Notes under the pieces: model-generated
Told to the model about the DNA's origin: nothing
Seen by the model: only the letters and a program-made list of their open reading frames with translations
The model's database searches: none
Shown: positions 28,584 through 39,783 of the stretch, piece by piece
Numbering within the stretch: the stretch's first letter is position 1
Layout: each line of letters starts with the position of its first letter
Source of the DNA: Takakia lepidozioides
Taxonomy: Eukaryota > Plantae > Bryophyta
NCBI GenBank assembly: GCA_030704615.1
Contig: CM060733.1
Location: forward strand, 69,874,001 to 69,938,000
Direction: 5' to 3'
Length of the DNA stretch: 64,000 nucleotides
Position numbers and translations under genes: made by a program

Positions 28584-31566
28584 CACACCACAGCTGGTGC
28601 CTGCTCCTTCTTAGTTTTCCAAAACAGAGATCGAGAGAAATTCGCCACCTTAAATCTTGTGGGAGTATGATTAGTCTTCCGCCTCCCACTCGGAATTCAA
28701 AAAAGGCAAAAAGCAGGCTGACAAACGGGTGGAGGTTGAGAGACAGATTCTTCGTCTGGAGTGACGAAGACCATCACCATGAACAGGTATTTCGTCCGTC
28801 CATTATACAAGTGAAATGATATGGTTCTCACATTAGGTGACGGTGGATGCTGTTTTGCTTGAAAAGAGAAGTGAATGAATCGCGCGGTTAAACCTTGTAC
28901 TGAAAACAGGCGATATGAGATCTTGTCTTTCCTTTGTCAAAATTGGCTATGGATGGAGAGGACGTGAGATTTGAATGAGTGAAGGTTGAGCCTGCAAGAG
29001 ACCATGCAGGACTGTAAAAGAGAAAACAGGCGAGTGGATATGGCGCTGGGTCGCGCTATGTGTCAATATCTCTCCGGAGCCAACGATCTCCCTCCGACTG
29101 CGTGACGCCAGTCCTCGGCGAACCACTTCACCACACACACGGGGATCGAAAAACCAAAACCGTAAACATAGTCTACAACAAGTTGTTTTATAGCCACGCA
29201 ACGAGCACAGATCCTTTGCTACTCTAGCAATGCACCAGAGAAAGTGCCGAAGCCAATCCCCTCCTTTGTTAGCGGCCAGCAGAAATCTTTGCTAGATTTT
29301 TTCCGCGTACCATTTTGACATGTATAACTTTATTTTTGAGAATAACGGGATGATGGCTGGGAGCGCTCCGCGTTTTGCGGTGAGAGCGACAGGGACTCCA
29401 TGTATCGGGAGTTGGCCAAGTTGGCACTAGATGACAAAAATGACGACTTGCTTCCATGCGCTAATTTTAGCCGGCGCCCAGATATCGGTGAGCGCAACAC
29501 CGGAATTTGGCGCCGGAGTTCATGGCCGGTAATCGCTTTTCACCTGTTGTAATAGGTTACCATATTTTTTCTACCTGCTGTGAAGGTCACCTTTGTGCAC
29601 ATTGCTCATTACTGCTCATCTCTCTTGACTCCCGCGGGACCCACCCTATTCCAATTGGTCCGGACCTTGGACGGCGATGCAGACCTATTGCCCGATTATT
29701 TTTGAACCCTATGCACATAAAAGCAACCATCCATGCCACCAGTCGGCCATGCTCCACCAACATCGACAAACTTTGGATAACTTGGCCGATTTGGCCGAGA
29801 CATGGAAGTTGGCCCTTATAACCGTTTTGGCTAGTCTCTTCCCCCATACCTCGAGTTGCGCATCATCCTCTGCGCCTCCCTTGCGTCTCCTTTTCCTTCC
29901 ACTGCCCTCTCTCTAGGGCTTCTCATTGTACCTTCTTCATCACTAACTACCCCCTCATCGCCAAGAGTGGCTATCACTGAGGGTGTGTAAGAGCAGTCTC
30001 TCTGATTTCTCTATCTATTTGATGGTCTCTCCCACGCTTGCTCGATGCTAATGTGGCGCTCTTCATTGTATCTGGCGTGAGTTTAATGAATTAGGCGGTA
30101 GCTCTCGCTGCCCCCGCCCCCCAAGGAGATGAGAGAGCCATGGAGGATGTACACCATCCAAGATGAGCTTGGAGTGGAGAAGGTGAGAGGCCAGGACGAA
30201 CATTCGTTGGCGGTGAGCGAGGGATTTGCGAAAAACGGCGAAGTCCCAGCTCTCCTCACCGCACATCACGGAGCGTTCTACATCCTTTCCCCCCAGCATG
30301 CCGGTATAACTTGGGTTTCATATTAGTATATAACAGCAGTCTCGAACATTTCCAAGACTTGAAATGTCCACAAGACGAAAGAAAACAGCAAGACCTCGAC
30401 CTTGGAAATCAACCAATGAGTATCCATTCATAAATAGAAAGCCTCACACCAAAGCAAACCCATACACCCAAACGTTGTCAAGAGATTTTCCCCTGACTCT
30501 AGCCTCTAAGTGGCCTCGCAAAAGTGAAGTCATCTGGACAACGTGATTCAAGACCCTTCAAGATGTCTTGGCTATCCGACGTCTGTTGATAATCAAGTCA
30601 TGGCAGACATACCTACTGCTGGGTGAACTAGCTTTGATCCTACACTATGCACAACAAACGAGCTTTGCTCATTGCATGACACTTTCTCTCGGCAGCCGTG
30701 CATCTTTCTCGTCATACACTCATTGCGGACCATTTCTTGGAAGGATGAGAGGAGAACCACACTTGCCGGCCATCAAGTCCAGTGATCTGCTCCCGAGGAA
30801 TTTCATTGCGGAAGCAGAACCGAGTGTGGAGAACAATTGAATGTGGCACTTCTATTTATTTGAAGATGGTTCGGATTCCAGATTTTAATTTTCTAAAGGG
30901 GCTCTGCTTGCAGAGCCCACCAAAGGGAGGCGGAAGAAATCTTGTAAAATGTACACCTCTTACGCTCTTTATATACTCTCTTAAGGCGATGGTGGAGCCT
31001 TCTAGAAGGGGGCCCACCGCCTCATCCTGCTTCTGGAAAGCTCTAGAAGTAGAAGGAGGGCCCGCCATCCTATTTCTATGCTAGCCTAAGCGTACATTAG
31101 GTGTCCACGTCCAGTCGAGCCACTTCCTTCCTCTCCAGGCCTCCCGCGACCCCACGCGATTGGCTATTCCCACCGTGTCCAGTTTTCTGACCTTCCCAAA
31201 CTCCCCAAATGAATTGGGATACATAAGAGCGATGATTGGATATTGGGAGGGGGCCGCGCAGATGTGAACCCTCACTGCCCCCCGCAAGGAGACGCTAGAG
31301 CTGCCCGCACCTAAGTGAGGGGACCGCTCTAAGCCATCGGCATACCTAATCACCGATAAACTCCGCCAAGGTAAGTATGACGGATCACTGTTGAGCGCCC
31401 ATATATACTCCCGAATTTCCTTGTCCCCAGCAAATGATATGGGATATATGCCTCTAAGGTTAGCAAGTTTATTTCTGCGCTAAAGGGGGTCCTTGGAGGC
31501 TTTCTGGCTCCTAAAAATAAAGGTCCCAAATCGTGGCAGGGGCTATTCCTGAAGGTCAAAAAAGAG

Positions 31567-31960
31567 GTGTGGGAGCTGACTTTCTGCTGGTCTTGCTCAA
31601 TCTTTCTGCCGTTTGCAGTTGCCTTTATCAGCCTCTTGATATTCTTGGGCTGTGGCATTGTAGCAAGTTCTCCCGCTATTGCAGCACAGTTTGTGGGAGC
31701 CATCATTTTTGTACTCGCATTGTCTTTGGGATTCGCATATGTGGATGTCGTGTGCAACTTGGCATATGTCATCTCTGTTGTAGAGGAGTACTATGGTGGT
31801 GGGGCCCTTGTCAAGAGCATGTCTATCATCGAAGGGAAATGCAAGTGATGCTTTTGTTATTCTTTGTAATCACATCCTCGCCAAGACCAGTCTGTCATCT
31901 GAAAACATTCTCTCCAGGAAGCTCCCCTACTTGTATTCATGCATTCATTTGTGTACCTGT
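31567..31960 (+). pseudogene. Fragment of a plant uncharacterised transmembrane protein family (LAxVxSVxE..YG..A..KS...GK motif)
   Basis: Hydrophobic stretch followed by VVCNLAYVISVVEEYYGGGALVKSMSIIEGK. No clear start and a frameshift follows. Confidence 0.5.
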
Positions 31961-32299
31961 TTGATGCTATCATATGTAAGTCCACTGACCGTGAGAGCAT
32001 TGACATGCACATTTTTGTAGATAGGCCCCATGTATATGATTCTACACATTTGACTTCCTTGTAAGGCTATCCATTTGTTAATTTTTTAATTGAGCTGTTA
32101 CAATTGTTTTGAGGAAGTGGGATGTGGTGCCCTAATCCTTTCTTTTTTCTTTTTCTTTTTTTTCAGAAAAGGTGATGGAGGCCCTTCGAAATTTATTGAA
32201 AATGGTACCTTTTAATCCCTTTTAAACTGTTTATATTTGTCCACATTGTGATGGCTAGATTCCTCCTCCCAAGTTGATATTCTCTTTCAGGATGAATGA

Positions 32300-32641
32300 G
32301 GTTGGATGATTACCAGAATGAATGACCGTTACATAAAAGCTAGATGATATAAAGTTGGCAAATCTATTATTAGACTAGGCAACAGCTAGCTTATCCCTAA
32401 AACAGATGAGGTGGCATCATATCTAGATGGGCACTTGGCTAGAATCTAGGCAGCCAATCAGGGCATGCCAATCTATTGTGATAAGATCATGGGCCTTGGA
32501 TTATAAAAGGGATCGGCGCAAAACCTAAGGCGGCCGGTGTACTTTCAAAGTGTAACCCTTGTGTACGAGAGAGACGGATGTGCATATGTATGGATGAACT
32601 GAGAATCTGAGTGTGAAGATTTGCGTCCTCTACGAGCACTA
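32300..32641 (+). mobile_element. Possible solo-LTR-like sequence that received the large insertion
   Basis: CCAAT boxes (~32454, ~32468) and TATAAAA (~32502). With the 32642-43706 element removed the sequence reads ...gagcactacaaca, an LTR-like end. No clean TG start or TSD found. Confidence 0.3.
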
Positions 32642-32968
32642 TGTCAAGTTATTTTACCACTAGTGTGAAACTAGCTAGGAAATAGCTAGCTTTTACATAT
32701 TGACATTTGGGATTGGCCCAAGTGTCAATCCAGGGGTCAAGGCAGATTTAGGCCCTGGAGTGGTTATCTTCACGGCAAGCGCGGGAGGCTCATCTTTCTC
32801 GAGTTGAGCCTCACCGCGCCTAGCTATGGCGCCGTAGTGTGGATTCCCCATGGCGTGGGGTGCACTTGGCTTGACTTGTATTTGAGTGATGAGGTTATAT
32901 ATGCATGAGTTTATGCTTCAGCTTTGTGAGCTCGCATGAGCTTGTGCTTGTATTCTTCCTCTTTATCA
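32642..32968 (+). repeat. Split direct repeat A1 (327 bp)
   Basis: Identical by eye to 43193-43517 over about 310 bp; differs only in the last ~17 nt. Starts TGTC, ends TATCA. Confidence 0.95.
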
Positions 32969-32984
32969 CTCGAGAAAGATGAGC
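32968..32984 (+). promoter_or_regulatory. Putative self-priming primer-binding site
   Basis: actcgagaaagatgagc is the exact reverse complement of gctcatctttctcgagt at 32788-32804. No TGG-initiated tRNA-type PBS follows A1. Confidence 0.7.
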
Positions 32985-33639
32985 TCGTATCTATGAGTGC
33001 TAGATACGAGTTAGTTGTAGCACTTGTGGTTTTTGCTTGAGAATGAGAGAAACCAAGTTGTTATGCAAGGAGCACCGTGGAGCTCTTGGTTGTTAGAAGC
33101 GGAGGCGATGTGGGTTACGAGGTGGTAAACCTTGGCATTCGATCTTCAGCTTCAGAGATGAAAGCACCATACTGTAGGTAATTCCAGAGCACCTTGATGG
33201 TTTCAGATTGTGTACATGCATGAGCAAGCACGATTGGAAGAGGACCAGTCAAGAGCAGGTTATAGTGGCTTTGGTGGCAAAGCTGAGAACTGGACTTGGG
33301 AATGCGAGCTGTCATTGTGTGAAGGATTGCAAGACCAAGCGAAAGGGCTGATTTGGCTTGGGGCAAATCAGTGCACTTTGTGGAGTATGGTGAGATTGGG
33401 TTTCAATCTCGAGCTTCAGCATTGAGAGGGCTCTTGTCATGGCGAGAGCAGGGCTGGAACAGGAGCTAAGAGGTGCGGCAAGGCCATGGAATGTGCACCT
33501 AGGGTTACAGAGCTTGGAAGAAGAGCTCTTGCACCACAAGAGAAGTGTCTTGTGGCTGGAAATGTAAGCCTTAGGGTTTCAGGAGCTTGGCAAAGGCTAT
33601 GGAGTGCTTAGTCTTGTCTTAGAGAGCATCAAGGAGCCA

Positions 33640-34060
33640 AGGAGCCAAGATAGGGGGCTGATATCTCTTGTGTGAAGAGGTTGCATGTGTGGAGCATGTA
33701 TTCAGCTCATTGAAGCTTCCATCTTCAAGCTTGGAGGGCAAGCAAGGAAGAGGGAAGGGCTGACTTCCCTTATGTGAGGGCAATGCATGTGTGGAGCATG
33801 CTATCAGCCTGGTGAAGGCTTGCACTTTCAGGTGTGGGAGTGCAAGAAAGGAAGGAAGGGGCTGGTTTCCCTGTAGGGCATGTGGAGCATGCTTTCAGCA
33901 TGCTGAAGCTTGTATTTTCAGGTTTGTGGGTGCAAGAAATGAAGCAAAGGAGCTGATTCTTTTATGGTGAGAGTGGGGCATGTGTGGAGCATGCCTTCAG
34001 CCCATTGAGGCTCTTGTTTTCAAGCTTTAGAGAGCTAGAACGGAAGGTCTAGGGCTGGTT
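33640..34060. repeat. Four degenerate ~100-bp repeats in the element leader
   Basis: Core gcatg(tg)tggagcatg at ~33683, ~33786, ~33878 and ~33978, each preceded by a gggctg.ttc-like motif. Confidence 0.7.
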
Positions 34061-34504
34061 TCCACTTGGAGTGAAAGAAAAGCACTTGTAGGGCCTATGT
34101 GAGTTGGGGTTTCAACTTCAAGCTTGAAGGGAGCGCAACTCTTGAAGCAGCAGGTGTAGGGGGCTGGAAGAGGCTCTAAGACAGATGCTATGGCCAAGGA
34201 GAGTGCTTGAATGAGTGCTCACAAGGGCTGGGAACCAGCAGGGCTTGGTTGTTTGCCATTGAGTTTAGTGGCGTGTTTGGGTAGGCTAAGTGAGAAAGAA
34301 GGCTTGGTTTGTGGCAACCACCTCATGGCTTAGGGCTACTATGGTGGTGTGTGGGAGCCGAAAGAGCAAGGATACCTTGCTGATTTCCTCACAGCCACCA
34401 TAGCTCGGTGGAAAGAAGCCTAGAGTCCAAGAGACACAAACCCTAGCTTGGCGTGGCTAAACCCCTTGGAGAAATGGCTAAACTGCCAGAGCGGCCATGT
34501 GTGG

Positions 34505-35210
34505 GGCTGTGACAGGCTGTGGCGAGCTGTGACGGGCTGTGTCAGGCTGTGGCGAGCTGTGACGGGCTGTGACGGGCTGTGCCATGGCCTTTGGGCTGTG
34601 ATGGGCTGTGAGGGGCTGTGACAGGCCGTGCCTGAGGCCTTTGAGGCTGTGATGGGCTGTGATGGGCTGTGACAGGCTGTGCCCTATGCCTGTGGGGCTG
34701 TGCGGGGCTGTGACAGGCTGTGCCCTGAGGCCTGTGGGGCTGTGATGGGCTGTGACAGGCTGTGCCCATGGCCTTTGGGGCTGTGATGGGCTGTGAGGGG
34801 CTGTGACAGGCCGTGCCTGAGGCCTTTGCGGCTGTGACGGGCTGTGAGGGGCTGTGACAGGCCGTGCCTGAGGCCTTTGAGGCTGTGACGGGCTGTGAGG
34901 GCTGTGACAGGCCGTGCCTGAGGCCTTTGAGGCTGTGACGGGCTGTGAGGGGCTGTGACAGGCCGTGCCTGAGGCCTTTGGGGCTGTGACGGGCTGTGAG
35001 GGGCTGTGACAGGCCGTGCCTGAGGCCTTTGAGGCTGTGACGGGCTGTGAGGGGCTGTGACAGGCCGTGCCATGGCCTTTGGGCTGTGACGGGCTGTGAG
35101 GGGCTGTGACAGGCCGTGCCTGAGGCCTTTGAGGCTGTGACGGGCTGTGAGGGGCTGTGACAGGCCGTGCCTGAGGCCTTTGGGGCTGTGACGGGCTGTG
35201 AGGGGCTGTC
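34505..35210. repeat. Minisatellite: 10-bp ggctgtga(c/t/g)N subunits organised in a 51-bp higher-order unit
   Basis: Unit ggctgtgacgggctgtgaggggctgtgacaggccgtgcctgaggcctttga is repeated about 9-10 times and decays to 10-mers at the left end. Confidence 0.95.
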
Positions 35211-35449
35211 TGTGGTGGCCCGTGTTGACCTGTGGATGGCCTGTGCTGACTCGTGGAGGCACTGGTGGACTAAGGACTGGCATGTGGTCTGGAAGGCCGA
35301 ATTTTGAAGCTCGTGGAGGGCGGTTTGAGGAGTATCTTCATGATATTCCATGGTCATGCAAGTTCAGGTGTAGGCTATGTTAGGAACTTAGTATTCCAAA
35401 CCATAAGCCGCAACAGGTTCTCTACCCGGTTACCTTGTGGAGAGGGGGT

Positions 35450-37377
35450 TAGGGACATGTTCATGACCGGTTGAGTGTCAACACGGAGGTGCCACTAGTT
35501 GCTGGGGACAGTGCCGGTTCGAGCACTAGCGATACTAGTGGGTACACGAGACGAGGTGTGCGGTTTAGGCCACCTTCACCTCCTGTGTCTTACGGAAGGT
35601 TCTGATTCGGATTGTGAATCAGGAGGACTCATACCGGCGGTGCAAGTTGTTTCTTTGCCATTGTTGTGGGACACAATGGAGGAGATGTATGGAGCTACCA
35701 AGGGGCCACGAAGGTACTCTGGGGCGGTGGGCACCATCGAGTTGGATGATTTTATCCAAGAGTTTGATAGTTGGTGTGATTTGCAGCAAATGCGCAATCC
35801 ACAACTATTTACGCCTTTCATGGCATGGAAAGGGCTGTTTCAGCACCTTGAGGGGCCGCCTATGGATGATTACCATGAGTTCAGGCGGGGGCATGAGGTT
35901 GAGATCGAGGAGTGGAGGATGTACTGGTCACCCGACTATGTCTCCATCACTAGGGGCACTAGAGCCACGAGGGCAGTGGCTACACCTGCCGCTGCACCGG
36001 CAGCTTCAGCAAGCAGCAGTGGGACTGGTGGTACAGTAGCTACGACGTCCACCCAAGCCACTACCGCACCAGCACTAGCACCCGTGCCTGCCTTCAACCC
36101 TGTTGTGGAGTTCTTCGAAGAGTTGAGAGGGAACTACCAAGGGGTGAGGACAGAGAAGTTGCGGAGCTTGCAAGAGTTCCAACGGAAGCCGACCGAGAGC
36201 TTGAGGGAGGCTTTCACTCGCATGAGGCGCTTGATAAATGTAACCCAAGGGGTTACGGAAGCTCAGGCAGTCCAATTCTGGTATGGGATATTGGACAAGG
36301 AGCTGAGGAGAAGGGTGCGGGATGCAACTCTCCTACAAGCGGCCCAACCCACCTTAGCAAATGTGTTTTTGCTGGCAGAGCGGATAGAGCTCAACATGGT
36401 GGAGGAACGAGTGGTCATGGTGGGATTTGCTAAGGAGACACCACGGGGTAGTGGTGCTCCTAGCCAACCACTACCTCAACGTGCTCAAGGCAACAAGGGG
36501 GCTCAGGTGAAGCTCAGGGAAGGGCAGAGAGGACCTCAGATGCAGGGGTCTCTCCCTTCATTTGCTGGCCAACAACGGGCGGATGTGGTGTGCTGGACAT
36601 GTGGAGGACCCCATGTCAAGAAGGATTGCCCAGAGGGAGGCAAAGGGCCGGCACATGCACAGCCTGCACAGTTGCAGTGTGGGCATTGTGGCAAGCGGGC
36701 ATGGAGAGGCCCAGTGTTATGGTTTGCATCCTGAGTTGCGCCCAGGCCAGTTCCAAGGGAACAATGGTGGCCGGGGGCGAGGTGGAGCAGCCCAGAGAGG
36801 ACGAGGTGGCCAGCCACGAGGTGCAGGCCAAGGGCAAGCTCAACGTGGCCAAGGACGCGGAGGTCAGGGTGTTGACCAAGGCATGGCCAACCGGCTTCAG
36901 CAGCTAGAGCAGAGGCTCGCTGCCATGGCTACAGCTCAGGTGGTACCGGCTCTAAGGCCGGATGGTCCACCTCCTGCTCCTGAGGGAGGAGATATGGGAG
37001 GCATGGGATTCATGTGTGGAGCAGCACTACCACTAGTGCAGGTGGAGTCTGCAGCCGTGACTCGAGGAGCAGCACGAGTTCCTGAGCCACGAGGTGCAGA
37101 GGTGGAGTTGGATCCACAGCGTGGGGAGGCAAGCCGTCAGGCTAGGCTTCCTCAGTCATTCACATTGGCGGAGACAGTGTCGACGCCATCCATGGCACCT
37201 AGTTCTCGCCCGACTGTTACCGAGGCGGAGGTTACTATGCCATTGGGGAGAGCTACACGGGTAGCACCACTACCTAGTGTTGCCAAGGCTACGGCAGCTA
37301 GTGTGCTGCTAGGAGCGGCCACATCTGTGTGCCAGGCTCCATTGTTCTCGGCTACCATGATTGCGACGCCGGGGTAA
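35450..37377 (+). CDS. gag: Gag with two zinc knuckles (frameshifted in this assembly)
   Basis: ELDDFIQEFDSWC..., FQRKPTESLREAFTRMRRL (retrotransposon-gag-like), CWTCGGPHVKKDC and CGHCGK.GHGEAQC knuckles, then a G/R/Q-rich tail. The N-terminal extension (GYTRRGVRFRPPSPP) is shared with the copy at 60308-60633. Confidence 0.85.
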
Positions 37378-37589
37378 GACCAGCTGAGGTGTTCAGGCTG
37401 GCAGCTACACTCTGTGAGAGTGGGGAGGTTACTTCATCTTCTGCGGAGATAGTGGGAGGTGTAGTGCCGGAGGGATCCTCGGATTTGAGGGTCAAGACTG
37501 CCACGGCGGCGCCATGGCAAGCTGCAGCTGCCAGGTTGATGGAGCTGCCAGCTAGGCCAGCCATTGAGCGCGCCATGGTGACACCTGGA

Positions 37590-37990
37590 GTTGTCATGTT
37601 AGACAACCAGGATGGCATTTTCTGTTTGAGTGGACCGGCAGGCAAGAGGTACCGGCCACTGCGGTCTTGTTGGACTCGGGAGCTCAGCCATTGATGCTGG
37701 GCAGAGCTGCTATTGCAGGCTTGGGCCTCACGGAGGCGGATATGGAGCCTTGTCCTTTCCAGATACAGACGTCTCTGGGAGGATCGGAGCAGGCTCGGGG
37801 CATGACACGGCGTGAGTTGGCTATCAGACTACGGCCGGATCACAGATGGCTCAGTGATGCGAGCCAAGGCCATTGTGACAGACGCAGTCTCATACGATGT
37901 CCTGGTTGGTGGGGCAGTGTTGTACCCCATGGGCTTCACCCTGGATTTTTGGGAGGAGTCAGCTTCCTATAGGCCTGCATGGCAGTCAGG
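37590..37990 (+). CDS. Aspartic protease domain
   Basis: VLLDSGAQPLM (catalytic D at 37673) and downstream YDVLVG motif. Confidence 0.8.
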
Positions 37991-38369
37991 GGAGGGCCGG
38001 CGTGTGCAGCTCCCTGTGACGTTCATAGGAGGAGTTGCGGTTGCCCAGCGAGGCAAGATGCCGACACTAGCAGCATTCACAGCGGCAGTGAGTTGGCCTA
38101 GAGAGTTGCTTGAGGGCAATGCTCATTCAGAGGATGTACCACCTCCGGGAGAGCAGGATGACATGTATGGTATGGCGGAGTTGCCTACCATGGTTGCTCA
38201 GACTCCATTGTGGGGCACGAGCAAGGATTTGCAGCGGGATGCTGATCGACGGGTGCAACAAGCCTGGGTGGAGGCTTTTGTACCGTCAGGAGAGGAGGAG
38301 AGTGGGGGATTGCACCAGGACCACCTCAATTGTCTCCATTGGACACCACACCTATTGTGTGGCAGTATC

Positions 38370-39330
38370 CGGATGAAGGCATTTGTCTTCTGGACTTGTT
38401 TGGCGGATCAGCACCGGATTGGCTGCTGTGTTACAGGCAGGTGTACGAGTTCGGCGTTACCTGTATGTGGAGAGGGATGAGACTGCACGACGCGTTTCAC
38501 TTCGCCATGTTGCTCAGTTGGTGCAGCGGTACCCTGAGTTGTTGTCGGTGTCTGCAATTCGTGGATATCAGCAGGCCTTGCCAGCAGACATTTCGTTGCT
38601 GGGGGCGCAGGATTTGGAGCGGGTTGGCTCCATTGATCTGGTAGTGGCAGGTTGGCCTGCCAAGGGCATTCATCAGCCGGGCATGGCAATGGATTGCGAG
38701 ACTCGAGGTCGGGTCTGTTTTGGGAGATGGTGCGGGTTTTGCGCCACTTGCAGCTTCATCAAGCTGTATCTCCAGCATACATCTTGGAGAATGTGCCACT
38801 GATGGGCGATTCTCGGGCCAGGGTGATGGCCAGTGTGCATCAAGTCCGGTCGTGGCTTGGGTCAGCAGTGTTGCTAGATGCAGCTACAGTGGGGTCACGG
38901 GCTCATCGTCCACGGCTATGGTGGACTAACTTGATGCCACCCGCACTGCTCAAGCGTGCATTTGATGGGGTGCAGCGGCCAGCACATCTCACAGTGGATA
39001 CATTCTGGACACAGGGAGGCAGTCTCAACGTGTGAGACACGATGACCGTTCGCCTTTGGCAGTGGTCAACAAGGTGGGTCAACCACGAGCAGCATTACCT
39101 ACACTGCTCAGCTTCCCAGGATCGCATGCTTTCCGGGATAGTGGACCTGGCCTCCTGTGGGATGCTCAGTTGCAGCAGTTAGTGGAGCCTAATGCTGACG
39201 AGCGTGAGCGGGCAATGGGTTTTACCACTGGTACCACGGCGGTGTCGTCTCTTTCTGAGGCATCACGTCGTCAAGTGTTGGGGCAAGCAATGGATCTCAA
39301 TTGCTTGACCTGGATTATCAGCTTGGCTCT
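38370..39330 (+). CDS. DNMT3-like C5 cytosine DNA methyltransferase domain within Pol
   Basis: Across three or four single-base frameshifts: motif I LLDLFGG-ISTG, II YVERD, IV DLVVAGWP-CQGHS, V SGLFWEMVRVL, VI YILENV, VIII AHRPRLWWTNL, IX ERERAMGF, X RRQVLGQAM, all in canonical order. Confidence 0.9.
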
Positions 39331-39783
39331 GGCTGAGCAACGCAGAGTGCGGAATACACTTCCCTCAATGGTCTCTCTGCCTACCGAGACGGTACAGGCA
39401 GTGAGTGGGGGCGAGCATGTGAGGACCACGGGGTGCATGCATCCATGGCACACGTGGGAGGTGCTCGAGGTTCAGAGGGAGTTGGCAGCCAAGGCGGCTG
39501 TGATGGATGAGGTTGGGGATTCTTCTCGGTTGAGGAGGTCCTCAAGGATGAGATGATGGGGCAGGATGATGCCTTGTCATTGACTGAGCAGGTAGGGAGT
39601 ACTGCTCAAGAGGTTGCAGCATAGCAACCACGGGACGCGTCCTCTACCTCTAAGCCCACTGGACTTAAGGTTGTAGTTACGGAGGACAATTGGGAGCCTG
39701 ACATTGGACCCATTGTCACCGGAGGAGAGAGACGACGTATACGGCGGTTCCTGAGGGCTTACAGGAATTGCTTTGCCTTCAGT

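Noticed and set aside
29280-31500. Possible decayed retrotransposon remnants
   Set aside because: Only faint RNase H-like hints; not enough for a call.
32860-32960. Hammerhead ribozyme in repeat A
   Set aside because: No CUGANGA...GAAA core found.
34542-35357. 271-aa and 199-aa minus-strand ORFs
   Set aside because: Open only because of the 51-bp repeat; frames shift with unit indels.
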